Assembly: GCA_965113315.1 (NCBI GenBank)
Contig: OZ220368.1
From: Podarcis vaucheri
Taxonomy: Eukaryota
DNA: 64,000 nt
Reading direction: 5' to 3' (one strand)
This document shows positions 25,856 through 39,170 of this stretch, piece by piece. Both the position numbers and the translations under genes were made by a program. The notes under the pieces are model-generated. The model made no database searches and was not told the origin of the DNA. It worked only from the letters and a program-made list of their open reading frames with translations. Each line of letters begins with the position of its first letter. Positions within the stretch are counted from its first letter, which is position 1.

Positions 25856-26046
25856 CATAGGAGCCAGCTTCTAGGGGCTGAGGAGTCTTCACCCCCCACC
25901 AATAAAATATTTGAGCACCCCCCACCCCCACCCCCCAGTAATGGGCATTGCCATTCAAATGGTGTGCATGACCACATCATGTGATCGATTATGTGGGGTG
26001 GGGCTTACCTGGGCCTCTCAATATTTTATTCAAGTTGGCATCCCTG
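25856..26046. mobile_element. hAT-like MITE
   Basis: Termini CATAGGAGCCAGCTT and AAGTTGGCATCCCTG; flanks CTCTGGGA and CTTTGGCA (6/8 match). Confidence 0.55.
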
Positions 26047-27450
26047 CTTTGGCACATGCCAAGCTCCCATATTCACCTGAACTGCAGGGTTTTCCATCCC
26101 TCATCTGGAGACAGCTGATGGTGGCAGTTATCAGAGCTAGGCTATTGAACAGGATGTTCCCTTTGCCCCTAGGCTGATGTGGTCTGACAGTTTCTAAATG
26201 TTGCTGTTAGAAATACAAACCAGAAATGATCAAAGACGCCCAACAAAGATGTATAATTCTAACACACTGGTCCCTACAAATGCTGTTTGCGCCTTACGGT
26301 TGCCAGGCTCGAAAAAAGTACTCCTCTCTCTCTTGATTTGGCTTTCTTCCCAGCTGAGGACTGGATGACATCATGAGCAGCACATATCACAACAGGATTC
26401 AATAAGCGACCTTCTCCCTGGGTCAATAGTTGCCAGGGTCAGTTGGCTGCTAAGCTGCATATCAGCGATGCTTTTCTGTGCTGGTAAAGGGGGAAAAAAA
26501 AGAGCAAAAGGAAGAGACTGCAGGAAGAGTCCAAGAAGGGAGGAGGGGCAAAATTATGTGCAAGTGTTTCTCTGTGCAAGGGCTGCTTTGAATGTCAGGG
26601 ATGTGGTGCTCCAGAGTGGTGTTTTAACCCTTTTTTCTCCATACTCTGCCTGCTGCAAATCTCCATTGCTCATCACAAAGCTCTGCAGTAGTGGGGGGGG
26701 GGGGTTGAGTGTAAGCATTGTTAGAAACTCAAATATATAAGCTAGGCTCCAAATGGCTACTTAAACCAGGGTTACAGTTGCCAAAACAGAATGCCTAGTT
26801 GTCATTTTGTGGCCAGACTGCTCAAAGCTTGTATTTTTCAATAGGACTTTTGGGTACCTGAAATTCATTCTGCTTGTGCAGATAAAATATAATGGATAGA
26901 ATTCTACAGGATGTGTTGCTAGTGTTAAACGGTCAAGATCCAAGGATCTCCAGACGTGCACCTCCAGGTGGTGGAGACATCACTGGTGCCTGGGCATCTT
27001 CACTTGGTCACAGGTGGCCAACAGCCAGATGCAAAATGCGCCTGGTGCTTAGTGAATTTCAGGCACTGAGTGTAGGAGAGAAAACAGAAACCCTCACTTT
27101 GCCTGTTGTTTTCTCTTGAGGGACTGATAGCAACTATTTGGAAGGAGGAGATTTACCTTGGGAGAAGGGCATGGAAGGAAAAGATTAAACACCACCTCCA
27201 AGAGCTTCACATTCCTGGTGTTCAGACCAACCCTATGGACAAAATCATGGATGTTTGTTGTTGTTATGTTTGTTGGCCTTCAGTCTAGGAACATATTTTA
27301 AAAAGCCACAAAGGACTGAATGCTCTTGTGCATGTGCAGAATGCTTTCTATCACCACTTGTGTACATGCACTTTTGCTGCAATTAGACAGTTTACATTGG
27401 CTTCGAAGTCTAAGATCAGATGTGCTTTAACCAAAGTTTAGTGTACTTAA

Positions 27451-27781
27451 AAAGGCAAAGGACCCCTGACAGTTAAGTCCAGTTGTAAACGACTCTAGGG
27501 TTGTGGTGCTCACCTCGCTTTACAGGCCGAGGGAGCCAATGTTTGTCTGCAGACAGTTTTTCCGGGTCATGTGGCCAGCATGACTAAGCCGCTTCTGGCA
27601 AAACCAGAGCAGCGCACGGAAACACCATTTACCTTCCCGCCGGAGTGTTACCTATTTATCTACTTGCACTTTGACATGCTTTCGAACTGCTGGGTTGGCA
27701 GGAGCTGGGACCGAGCAACGGGAGCTCACCCCGTCGCGGGGATTCGAACCACCAACCTTCCGATTGGCAAGCCCTAGGCCC
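27451..27781 (-). mobile_element. Sauria SINE, slightly 5'-truncated
   Basis: Typical body; 12-bp TSD TAGTGTACTTAA at 27439-27450 and 27782-27793. Confidence 0.92.
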
Positions 27782-28438
27782 TAGTGTACTTAAGACCTGT
27801 TAAATGAACAAATGCTTTAAGCTGTCCTTTTATGATTAATATTGGATGTTCATGCTCCTGATTTCCAAGAAAAGAATACCAAGACATTGCTGATCTTGCT
27901 TCTCCTGTATTTTTCATGTCCACATTTTCTTTTCTGAGCTCATTATGTATTAATTAATGAACCTTAGGGAAGTTGTTTGGCTGGGATTTGGATTTTTTTC
28001 TTGCAGAGACTGTATGCTGAAGAGCCAAACATGGCAAGAAATCTTACATAGTACATAATCATAATAATAAATTAGAATTTATAAAATATGTAATAAAAAG
28101 CTAGTGTGTAATTACAGCATTTATATCTCACTAATCCTTGATGTAGCCTTGTGTGGTTTGCCAGTGTGCTTATTGCAAGCAATAAGAGGAATCCAAACAA
28201 ATCTTACAAATGTACAGCAAAATGTGCCCCCCAAATATCTGCATAGGAAAAACTATCCTTCCACCAAATGACAATGTATTTACTTATAATTTAAAATAAG
28301 ACGGTTGAATTAACTCGCTTCCATCCTGATGTACAAGAAATATTCCCCATAGATTTGTTTCGGAACTCATTACACTAGAGCTGTTCAAAACCACATCAAA
28401 CATGATGACTAAAAGATGCCAATTTTTTTTGTCTGAGG

Positions 28439-28577
28439 CAGAGCTGAGGACCCTCTGACCTTCTACACCTTGATGGACTCACAACTCCCACCAGACCCAG
28501 CCAGCATGGCCAATGGTTAGGGATGATGGAAATTATAAATCCAGCAATAGCTGAAGGGCCGCAGGTTTCCCACTCTG
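28439..28577. mobile_element. Short palindromic hAT MITE
   Basis: CAG..CTG termini; ACAACTCCCA..GCATGGCCAATGGTTAGGGATGATGG core; flanks GTCTGAGG and GTCGAAGG. Confidence 0.65.
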
Positions 28578-31209
28578 GTCGAAGGAGAAATATTAGACAC
28601 CCCCACAGTTCTGAAATGGTTCTCCCAAGTGCATCCCACCCCTAGCAAACCACCTGTTTCTCTCCCCCCCACCAGCCTGGTTTAAGGTCTGGTATGATGC
28701 GGTATAGTGACGAATAACAGACCAAATCTTGAATTGAGAAGTGAGTGATTGGAATCCAGCCTCTCCTATGACAGCCTTTTGGGGTTGTTTTTATTATAAA
28801 TAAATAAAAACATTATGTAACATTTTTATGGTGCCCATTCTCCCCCGGACACGTGTGTACAACCCCGGGTTTCCCCCCATCCCAAGCACCCCTCATGCAT
28901 GCTGGCACCGCTGCTCACTCTTGAAAGTAGTTGCTTGTCCATCCTTTTCTCAGAGTGATGAAGTGAATCCAGGCAGAATCTGAAAGCATAATAGAACAAC
29001 AAAGTTGGAAGGGACCTCAGAGATCATCGCCCCTTGCTGATGCACTGACTTCTGCCTCCTTGAGAAGGGGCCATTTGACCTCGGCTTAAAAACCTCTAAT
29101 GATTTGCATGTGTACATTCTGGCTCTAGCACTGCTATTTCCTAACGCCTAAATGGGTACCTCCTTCCTGCCTGCACCTTGCCCTACAGCTGATCAGTACT
29201 AACAGGGCAAGATAATCAAAGGTCCGAGGTGCTACTTGCCACATATGACTCCTCACTTATCCAGCAAATAACTCTTTTTAAGCTGGACGAGCGGCAAATG
29301 CGCGCTAAGTCTATGGCCAGAAATGAACACATACAGGGAGATTGCATCCACGATGATGATTTAACCTTGATAAAACAGTGTTTTCACCAAGGATGATGTT
29401 CCCCCATCTATCTTCATCCATCATGTTGCGGTTGAAATATGCTAATAAGGCCCATGGCCAGGAGCGCAATGCAGTTAAATGGGCCGTTGCAGCCATTCTC
29501 TGTACCCCATGACAAGGTGATGCTAATTACTGTCCCAGTTTGGTGTGGGAATCAGTGTATGCGTATGTGGGGGGGGGCAGTTTCAGAATAGGTAGTAGGT
29601 CAGGGGAGTGGATCATCAGCGAAACAGTTTGTGTTGAAGTTGCTCAGAAAGAGTCTGAAATGTGGATTCAGTGATAATTTTCTGTGGTACTTATTAGTCC
29701 TGACTCCTTGGAGTTTGTGCATGAGAGATTGCAGCATCTATAGAAAGGCATCCATGAATCTTGGACCCTCCTCCTTCCGGAGTCATTTGCTAGAAGTGAT
29801 ATACTAGTGTGATTCCAGTTCATTTCAGTGAACATTGTCCAGGAGAATTTCTCTGTGGATTGTGTCTATTGGCTACCATAATAGATGTTTGTACATTATT
29901 CAATCTGTCACCCTTTCAGGTAAGGACAGAATAATCAACTAGGTAAGGGTTTCCATTGATATTTCACCAGATGTAAAACTAACAGTGAGTTCCTCAGGTG
30001 AAATTGTGGTGGAATCTGAAAGGAACAAGCAAGTTTCCTAGTGAAATTTAAGGGGTCAGGTTTCAACATATTTTCTAGCCTACACATAGTTATCTGACTC
30101 TTGACAGCAAAGTATTAATGGAAAATTGGGAAGAGGTAGCAGGACAGTTAGCTACTAAATTTTCTACTCCGCTCTGAACTTGCTGGGCACATTGGTAATC
30201 AACGAAGACCCACATTTTAATTCTCAGCCCATATTTTCTAGTCACTGGTGACAAAGTATGGCTAGAACTTGATTGGGTCCGCAATATGTTAGTTTCTTCC
30301 AGAACTGAACCGTGTGTGTGTGTGTGTTGAAATTTGCCTCTTCGTTGCGGAAGAACTGTTAATTAAGCAACTGCTCCAATCACACTGCCCCTCCAACATC
30401 AGAAGTGTTTCTCTGCTTTATTGTGGAAGTCTTAAAAACTAATTATAGCTCAATAAAAGTGGTAAAAAGCTTCCATAGCTGGTTTTAAGGCTTCCGGGAT
30501 CTGTACAGTCTCCTGAGTGCAGGGCTAAGCTGAAATAGTCCTCTTAACTTCACAGCTTTGCTTGCAGACTGTAAGGAAACCTTTGCCCATTGTATATAGC
30601 AGGAGCTGCTGAGGTCAGCAAAGCTCAAACTATCCCCATCCCACTTGAAAATTGCTGGTAGACGACTAAATAATTTTTTATTCCTGTCAAATACTTTAAT
30701 GACATCTGCCTTGCCTTTCAAATGCAATGGATATGTCAGTTTTTGAGAAAAAAGTTATGTGTGAAGTCATTAAGGGGGGAAATAATCAGATGCAGAGCCA
30801 AGTACAGATATACTAAATACTATTTAAATAGTAATAATTCTTAAAAACCTATGACCCAATTGCTAGTAACATGTAGTTTCAGCTTCAGATCCAGCAGCAC
30901 TTCATAATATCCTTTTTAACCCATAATGGATGTAGGGCAGACAGACAGGATCTCTGTGCTGGGGAGGGGCACTCCGCATCAGCTATGTCACCAGCTGTGC
31001 TCAACTAGCTTTTTTATGTGGGGCCGGGAAGCACTGCTTTCCCAAGAACAATATAGTATAGTCTGAGCATTAGTTAAATGGGAAGCTGGGGAACTATGTT
31101 CAGATCCTGCACAGCAAATGAGCAACAGCTCTGTGTTTGTTGCTTGATAAACTTATTGTCTATGCTTGGTCTCTGCTGAAATATCACACATATTTTGATT
31201 ATTAAACTT

Positions 31210-31570
31210 TGAGCAAGATCTTGACAGTCTGGAAGGATTTCAGAGGAAAAGCTCAAAGATGAAGTGCTTAGAACATCAGGCCAAAGAGAAAAGTTTTGAG
31301 AAAGGAGCTGGGTGTGTGTTCAGTTCTACAGAAGAGAAGAAAGCTGGAACAGAGGAAAGCAGATAGTGATCAGACTGTTTGAACCTGTAAAATGCTGCCA
31401 GAATAGATGAAAGACGATTGTTCGGTGTGCAAGAGAAACTGGATTTGAACTGCAGAAAGCGAAGGAGTTGGTTCATATCATAAATGGGTTTCTAGCCCCA
31501 AGAATGGAGACTGTAGATATCTTTGGAGGGAAGTTTTCAAACAGGTGAGATAAGCCTTTGTCACTTCAAG
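31210..31570 (+). mobile_element. Ancient CR1/L3 remnant
   Basis: Degenerate match to the CR1 DKLE..QRRA..LxELG.FSL segment and the downstream TTGGAG..TTTTCAA region. Confidence 0.5.
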
Positions 31571-31959
31571 CAGAAGCACCTGATGGCAGGCTCCCCACTT
31601 TAATCTTCATTGCTCTGGCAAGCTCACTTGGTTGTCTTCGTGACTGGTCTGTTCTTGGGAAGAGAGCATGCTGATACCTCCCCCTAGTTTCTCAGTAATT
31701 CAATTTCAGCTACATAGCCATCCATCAGCACTTGAGTTTCGGGTTCTCCCCCCCCCCCCATAGACATACGTACATGGAATCTCCCAACAAAATGTTGCCG
31801 CGTGGAGTGATCCTGTTTCCAACCAGTCATTATACACGTACACACAGTTTTTGTTTTTCTCTATCAACACACTATATGTTTGCTGTGGCCTCTGATTAGT
31901 TCTCATTGGACTATCATACAATGAGTTTGATCCTCCTATATATAATATCTCCTGTAACA

Positions 31960-32107
31960 ATTTTGCAAAGTTTTTTGGTTTTTTTTGCTGATAAAATTGC
32001 TCAGATTCAGAAAGAGGTAGACTCCACCGTAGTAGCCGGGCCAGGGCGGGAGAGTGCCAGAGCTCTGTCTAGTCAAGTTGTATGGGATCAGTTTAAACCT
32101 GTTACAG
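31960..32107 (+). mobile_element. L2 ORF2 internal fragment
   Basis: FFADKIAQIQKEVDS...WDQFKPVT, typical of L2 sequence upstream of the RT domain. Confidence 0.65.
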
Positions 32108-32731
32108 TGGTTTGTGTGTGTGCAAGAGAGAGAGAGAGAGAGAGAGAGAGTCTGTCTGTGGATAAAGGAGCCATAAAAACAAAACTTTGTTTCACTGACA
32201 GAAGCTGCTATGCTGACTTTGGTTTTACTACATGTGCGAACTCCCCTCCCCCCCATTTTATTTTGTGAACCTTTAAAATTGCACCCAGTCTGCATGCAAG
32301 TCAATGGAGCATGAGACTTATGCTAGCAATTGATGGATGGATTTGGCCTGAGAGGAGGTCCAAGGAGGTGATATAAGTAGATTGACCTTTGCGGCAACCT
32401 GAGAAGTGTGGGGAATTTTTCACTGAGAATCCAAACCAGCTTCCAAACCCACTTCTAACCTGCCATGTTAGCAGCGGACTGCAGTTTCAGGGCTGCCATG
32501 AACTGCTTTCGTAGTTCAGCCCTTCCAGTCTGTAATAGGGGCACAACAATAAGGTTGTTGTATACTACTCTGTCAACACAACATGTAACATGAGGATTAA
32601 AGCAGTGGTGAACAGTTCATGGTTGTTGTATACTTCTTTCTCAGCTTCTGCCCAACCTCAACAAGCAGTTGGGGTTTCATACCTCCAGACAATGCCTGCA
32701 GGGGTATTGTAAGCCATCTAGAGCCTATCCT

Positions 32732-33095
32732 ATGAGACACGTGGGTGGTTCTGTGGTCTAAACCACTGAGCCTCTTGGGCTTGCCGATCAGAAGGTCGGC
32801 GGTTCGAATTCCTGCAACGGGGTGAGCTCCCATTGCTCGGTCCCAGCTCCTGCCAACCTAGCAGTTCGAAAGCACATCAAAGTGCAAGTAGATTAATAGG
32901 TACTGCTCCGGCGGGAAGGTAAACGGCATTTCCATGTGCTGTTCTGGTTTCGCCAGAAGCAGCTTAGTCATGCTGGCCACATGACCCGGAAGCTGTACGC
33001 TGGCTCCCTCGGCCAATAAAGCGAAATGAGCGCCGCAACCCCAGAGTCTTTTCAACTGGACGTAACTGTCAGGGGTCCTTTACCTTTACCTTTTT
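32732..33095 (+). mobile_element. Sauria SINE, full length
   Basis: B box GGTTCGAATTCC; (ACCTTT)n tail; 13-bp TSD TAGAGCCTATCCT at 32719-32731 and 33096-33108. Confidence 0.95.
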
Positions 33096-33747
33096 TAGAG
33101 CCTATCCTGCAGTATGCAGAGTGAATGACACTGTAAGGCTAGATCTCAGCAAGAGCCTTTCCCAGCTGGCAGCAATAGGGGCTGTATTTGCTTTGGAATC
33201 TGCATTAGCGGGGCTAATTTTCAGTAAATAAGGTATCAGTTAAGAAACAGCAAGATCACTCTGCTGCTATCTCATGGGAGTTTGTTTGTTTGTTTTTGTT
33301 TTAGCAGTAGGATGGACAACACTGGGGATTCCCAATCCTGGCTACATCAACATTTGTTTCATTGATTTCTACGGTCATTTCTCCCTTTCATCTCTGGGGA
33401 TATTTAAAAATAGTTTCTCAATGCAGTCCAGGAAATGATCTGTCCAGGCATTGATAAAGTTCTGTCTCTGCTCTGTTGCTAGTTTCTCTTCAGTGAAGGA
33501 AAGAGAAAGAGAACAATGGCTTCTCAAAATTCTCCATGGGTTGCAAGAGGGGAGCATTTTGCAAAACATTTTTTGGAGGGTTGGGGGATGTAATTATTTG
33601 AAGAAAATTCTTTCTTGAGAAATCTTGGCTCACTTAATGTTGAATAACACTCTGTTGCTAGTTGTAGTTGCTATTATAATTATTTATAGCCTGCCTTTTC
33701 CCCAGATCAGGACTCTAGGTGGTTCATATTGGTGGATGAAAGAAGTA

Positions 33748-33973
33748 CAGTGGTACCTCGGGTTACATACGCTTCAGGTTACAAACTCTGCTAACCCAGA
33801 AATAGTACCTTGGGTTAAGAACTTTGCTTCAGGATGAGAACAGAAATTGCGTGGTGGCGGAGCAGCAGCAGCAGGAGGCCCCATTAGCTAAAGTGGTGCT
33901 TCAGGTTAAGAACAGTTTCAGGTTAAGAACGGACCTCCGGAATGAATTAAGTACGTAATCAGAGGTACCACTG
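33748..33973. mobile_element. Tigger/pogo-type MITE, family A
   Basis: TIRs CAGTGGTACCTC and GAGGTACCACTG; TA TSDs. Confidence 0.9.
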
Positions 33974-34599
33974 TAGTGGGTTAAGGGAGGAGGAATAGAA
34001 CAGGTAGGGACCAAGCCCATGACTTCCTTAAAATATCATTAAACAATATTAAAACTGGAGCTACAGTTGCACCAAAAAATCATGGATGGTGAAACTAGAG
34101 AGGTTATATCATCAAATATTTTCCAGGGGAGGGGATTTTCCAACCATTCAGGCAGAGCTCAAAAAAGAAAACGGTACCAAGTTTCCTATCTCTTCTCAAG
34201 GTTACAAGGATCCTCAGAGCCTCAGGAGATGCTGTCTGCACTCTGCAGCATTTCCCCCTTCCATTCTCCTCTGTCCTCCACCCACCTCAGACTTTCCTTC
34301 CTTCTGTCTTTTCTTAATGCCTCAATCCAGGTCCCCACTTGCCTTGCATGAGACCAGTCTCCAGTGCATCAATGCATCAGCAAGTTCCCTTTATACTTTC
34401 TGGAGGCTCCTTCCCCACATGTTCCCTGCAGCTCCATTTCTAGCTGACCTGGCTCACCTACCAGTCAAGCTGGCAAATGATCATGCGGTCCCCCAACATT
34501 CTCCCCACACCCCCCCAAAAATGGCCAGAAAGTTATTCTCTGAGAAATTTTTGCTTGTCCGTAGATTCTTGGCCTCATTTTTCCTAGAAAAGTCCTTGC

Positions 34600-35330
34600 A
34601 CACTTGTGTGGGGGCATAGATCAGAGGGCTTTCTCGGTGGCTGCTCCCAATGTCTGGAACTCTTTCCCTAGAGCAGGGGTGGCCAACTCTCAAGAGACTG
34701 CAATCTACTTTCAAAATTAAAAACTGGCAGTGATCTACCCCCGTTTTTTGGGGGGGTTCTGCTCAAAGTTGTTGCGCTTTTTTTAGGAAAGGGGTTCTAA
34801 ATTTTTTTTAGGGGTTCTAATATTTTTGGGGGAGGGGCAAAGTCACTCACAAAAAGATCCCTATGGATCAAGACAGCATTACAGAGAAAGCTCCATCTTC
34901 CCTTCCGGAGATCATACGACAATGGAGGAAGGGGCGAGGGGGCGGGGCAGGAGTCAGTTTTAGCAACGCTAAGGAAAGGGAGCCAGAGATAGACCGCAAT
35001 CTACCAAAACCTTGTGGGGATCTACCAGTAGATCATGATTGAAATGTTGGACACCACTGCCCTAGAGAAGCTAGCCTGGCTCCCTCCCTGTTGTCCTTCT
35101 GCCACCAGGCTTTTGGAAACTGACTGCTTTTAATGAAAGGACTAGTGACTCCCTGTTACAGTAATCGTCTGTATGTTTTTTAATATAACTTTTATATTTA
35201 TATACAACTTTAATTTTCTCAATGTTTTGCCTCGTTTTTTAATTATACTTTTCTATTTTTTTAGTTGTTCCTATTTTTATCTGTAAGCCACCTTGAGTCC
35301 CTGTCAGGGCAGAAGGCGGGGTTTAAATAA
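34600..35330 (+). mobile_element. Older L2 3' end interrupted by a hAT MITE
   Basis: RAFSVAAP..WNSFP|REASLAPSLL reads across the insertion; tail GTAAGCCACCTTGAG...AGGCGGGGTTTAAATAA. Confidence 0.75.
34674..35059. mobile_element. hAT (Charlie-type) MITE
   Basis: TIRs CAGGGGTGGCCAAC and GTTGGACACCACTG; perfect 8-bp TSD CCCTAGAG at 34666-34673 and 35060-35067. Confidence 0.9.
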
Positions 35331-35349
35331 GTGTATAGTATATAGTCAC

Positions 35350-35530
35350 GATCAGTGGCAGAGCATGCATATGCTTTGTATTCATAAGATCAGAGGTTCA
35401 ATCCCTGAGATCTGCAACTGAAAGGAACTACTTGGCAGGGATGAGGAAGACTATGGAGAGCCACTACCAAGTCAGAGCAGGCAACACTGAGTTAGAATGG
35501 CAAGCTCAGAATAAATAGCTTCAGGCATTC
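35350..35530 (+). mobile_element. Squam3-like SINE
   Basis: TCAGTGGCAGAGCATG..CTTTGTAT..GGTTCAATCCC..GGAGAGCCACTACCA. Confidence 0.65.
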
Positions 35531-35619
35531 GGACTATTCAGCACGGTCAAAGGTCATTGTCCTTGCATGCCTATGTGCCTTGTCTGTGTCCATCCTGTGG
35601 CTGTTTGCAACACACACAG

Positions 35620-35913
35620 CCCAGCCAGTCCCTCAGACCTTGTGGGGGGCTGGACTATTTTTTTTTTGGGGGGGGGGGATGAACGAATTCCTATGCCCCA
35701 TAAATAACCCAGAGATGCATTTTAAATGAAACAACACATTCTACTCCTGTAAAAACACCAGGCAGGCCCCACAAATAACCCAGAGATGCATTTTAAATAA
35801 AAGCACACATTCTACTCATGTAAAAACACGCTGATTCCTGGACCATCCGCAGGCCGGATTTAGAAGACGATTGGGCTGGAACTGGCCCCCGGGCCTTAGT
35901 TTGCCTACCCATG
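35620..35913. mobile_element. hAT-type MITE, one end missing, with an internal tandem duplication of about 70 bp
   Basis: Right end AGTTTGCCTACCCATG; AAATAACCCAGAGATGCATTTTAAAT...TGTAAAAACAC occurs twice (about 35695-35758 and 35766-35829). Confidence 0.7.
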
Positions 35914-35953
35914 ATCTATGCAATGCCTTCCCCAACAAGCCCCACCCTGGCAC

Positions 35954-36315
35954 CAGGGCAGCCCAAGACATTTGGGCACCTGAGTCAAACTACAAAATGC
36001 CATCTTCAGGGAAGAAGGGGTGAGTGAAGATCTACATCAGGAGCAAATGCGGAATAAAGTTCTGCATTGGGAGGAGACAAGCGCACCCCCTATTTGCTCA
36101 GAGGCTGATGTAGAGGGGGCATTGAGGGACGCACGCACATGCGGGGGGGGGGGCTGATGAGGTAATCTAGCCTCCAATGAGTACATGGCAGCTGTTGCCA
36201 CCACTGTGGCAGCGGTGGCGGGGGATACATTCCTTGGAGGCTGGATCTGCTGTCTCTGTGGATTCTGCCACCCGAGGTGGTTTGCTCACCTTGCCTCAGG
36301 GGTGGGCCAGGCACA
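35954..36315. mobile_element. hAT-like non-autonomous element, copy 2 of the 3068-3580 family
   Basis: Starts CAGGGCAGCCC and shares internal blocks with 3068-3580. Confidence 0.6.
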
Positions 36316-36483
36316 GACATTAACTTCCGACCAGGTTAAGGCATCCCTCTTCTCCCAGCCAAGGAATATGATTATCATGCTTATCTGTGCAAAGGACTAC
36401 TCCTTCCTCACCAACGCTTGCTCTGCTGTGAAGGAGAATGGAACAGGGCTTATGGAGTATCCCTTCACCTTTCCTGTCATAAC

Positions 36484-36486
<3 letters not shown>

Positions 36487-36558
<72 letters not shown>
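36487..36558. repeat. (CT)n(GT)n microsatellite
   Basis: Seen directly in the sequence. Confidence 0.95.
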
Positions 36559-39170
36559 CCTGCAGCTCATTCCTTGCTGCTGGCCTGGGTGAGGAAGGAG
36601 ATGTTTTGTTTGTTCGCTGGCTCCTTCCTGAGATGCCTTTGCCATTCTGTTGGATTTTTAAAGCTAATCCCAAGAGAAGCTACACTGTTATTTGCAAAAG
36701 AACTCCTGTTTTCCTCTCAAATAATGTTTCCCTAAGGGAGGAGAATGGGCCTGGTTCCCGCTGACATTTAAACTGATAAATGTAATTTGTATGGTAAGAT
36801 GCTGCTAATTTAATTGCATTTCCTTTCCTTCATCTCCTCTGCCCCACACCCCCACCCCTTTCTCCCCAAGAAGAGAGGATCGCAGTGAAAGGCCTTGGCA
36901 AGGTGTCGCTTTGCATTGTGCAGAATAGGAAAGGTCTCTACCTGACTTATTTTGTCCCCTTTGCTTCAGCTGTCACTGCTGACAGCCCTCATGTTTATTT
37001 CATCTCGCGCGGTGGCTGTCTCGTTTCCCTATCCTCCGATGTCATTAACGCACAGAGAGTGGGGCCTGCAGTGCCGAGCCTAATGAAATCCACTGTGGCT
37101 CTTCATGCTCCCCACCTCGTTACCAAGGCTCAAGGTGTCAAATTAAATGCAGCCTGGAAAAGGAGAGAGAAAGTGAGGGGGAGCCTGGGGGTGGGGTGAG
37201 GGGAGGGGGAGAGAGAGAGAATCATTAGAAGAGAAGAACTCATGAAATGCCTGCCCCTCATCTGGGATAGTGGGGTCTAACCCAGTACCTGACCGTCTTT
37301 GCTTTGTGCTTCCCTTTCTGATATTCACATTGGGGACATCTCTGCACTTACACTGAACGCCTTCCCCACAGAACAAGTGGAGCCTGCCTGCTCCCACACA
37401 TTTACAGAACGATGGCACGACTCCCCAGTAGAAATTAATAGTGAGCTCCATTGCCAGCAGAGCACATTACTAACTTTACTGCGACTATTTTCTGTTTTCC
37501 CCTGACGAGACTCAAGGCAGCTTACATATAAAATTAAGAAATGCTAAAAGCATGGGGGGGGGAACACGATTAAAAATTGTTAAACTACACACACACACAC
37601 ACACATATACATATATACAATTTATTAAAATACATTCTGCTCCACGCAAATTAACAATTCATTTCTCATCTTTCTTTTCCTCTTTCTAACCACTTTTTTC
37701 AGCAAGGGCTTCTTTTGCACACACACATGCCCTTTCTTCCTGCAGAAAATTTAATTTGTGTTCAGAACCCACCGAGAATCATCTTCTTTTTCATTCAGTT
37801 CCTATGTGGAATCCTGGAATATGAGAATAAAAATGCCTCTGAGCGCATGCAAAGTGTATTTTAGCCATCATTTAATAGCTGCCTTCTCATGCTAGAATTC
37901 AGGAGCATCATATGCTTACAAAGGATTTTTGGTATAAGTGCTGAGTTGACAATCTCCCCCACCACCACTCACAAAAAATCGCATCTATTTTTCATCCCCC
38001 ACTCCTGTCTTCCAGTGGTAAGTTCTTCAAAAATAACTCCCCCCCACCAACACTGGAAGAAGGCACTTTACATTTTTAGTAATATTCATGTTGATGTCCT
38101 ACCAATAAGTTAAACAAGGTGGTAGAAGCCAAAAGTGTTTCCAAAGCTCAAATTCCCGTCCTCGGTCCTTGGTCCCTAGCATTGGAAACTTCCGTTGGAG
38201 CTCCAGCAAATTCAGGGGGCTGATGAAAGCAGGAAGACAGCTCACCAGTAGCAATAGAAGCATCTAATGTTCATTTAACACTGAAGGCTTGGGGGAGGAA
38301 TGTTCAGGGGCAGGAAAACCAGGAAATGCAATGCAGCAGAGCCCATTTCATGTCCATTTCTTGGCTTGCCTCAGATATTGCAAGTTTAAATCTGGCATCA
38401 GAAGTAAAGAGGTATCTATGCAGCCTGTTTGTGATACATATAATGGGCTTCAGTTTTTATTGTCAGAACCATACAAATTGCCCAAAAGTTGTGGGTGGGG
38501 AATGGGAATGTACTTGATTCCTGAAATAGTAGATGATTTGAGAGGGCTTCAGGATAGAGCTCTGAAAAAACATGGCAGCCTCAGCTGATATAGGATAATT
38601 GGAGAATACAATGTAAAGGGGCGGGGAAGGGAATGTAATGAAGGGGAGACAAATAAGAGCAGGAGTTTATTAAATAGTTTTTTAAAACTGTAATGCAGAT
38701 TTTGTTCTGTCGTACTGTGGTTTTTTTTTTAACTCTTGTGATAAGTTATCAAATTCTGAGATTTCTGTTTTTTTAATTGCAACAATTCCCTAAGCCATGG
38801 AATGGGTACTAATACCTTAAGTGGTGGCACAAACCTGATGCAAGATGTGTTGTTGAAATGTCTGGGAGCAATAGATATGTAAGTGGGGAGTTGCTAAGAA
38901 AGTGCAACACAGTCACATATAACTTTTTGTGTGTGTGTGTAAACCATTTAAGGGTTTCCCCCCTATAATCAAGTGTATATAAATTTTATGAAATAAATAA
39001 AAAAGAAGACTAACAAATGAGGGAACTAGTAAAAAGGAAATGTAAAGCAAAGTAGGGATAGTCAAATCTCTCCATGATATACTGCAGAGCAGGAAAGCAA
39101 CCATCAGAACCAATAAGATGCCAGAAGGGCTAATGCATCAAGGAAGCTAATTAAAGGTTAGAAGACGTCT

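Noticed and set aside
26350-26490. Possible exon after a polypyrimidine tract and CAG
   Set aside because: Stops occur in all three frames within a few codons; no support as a coding exon.
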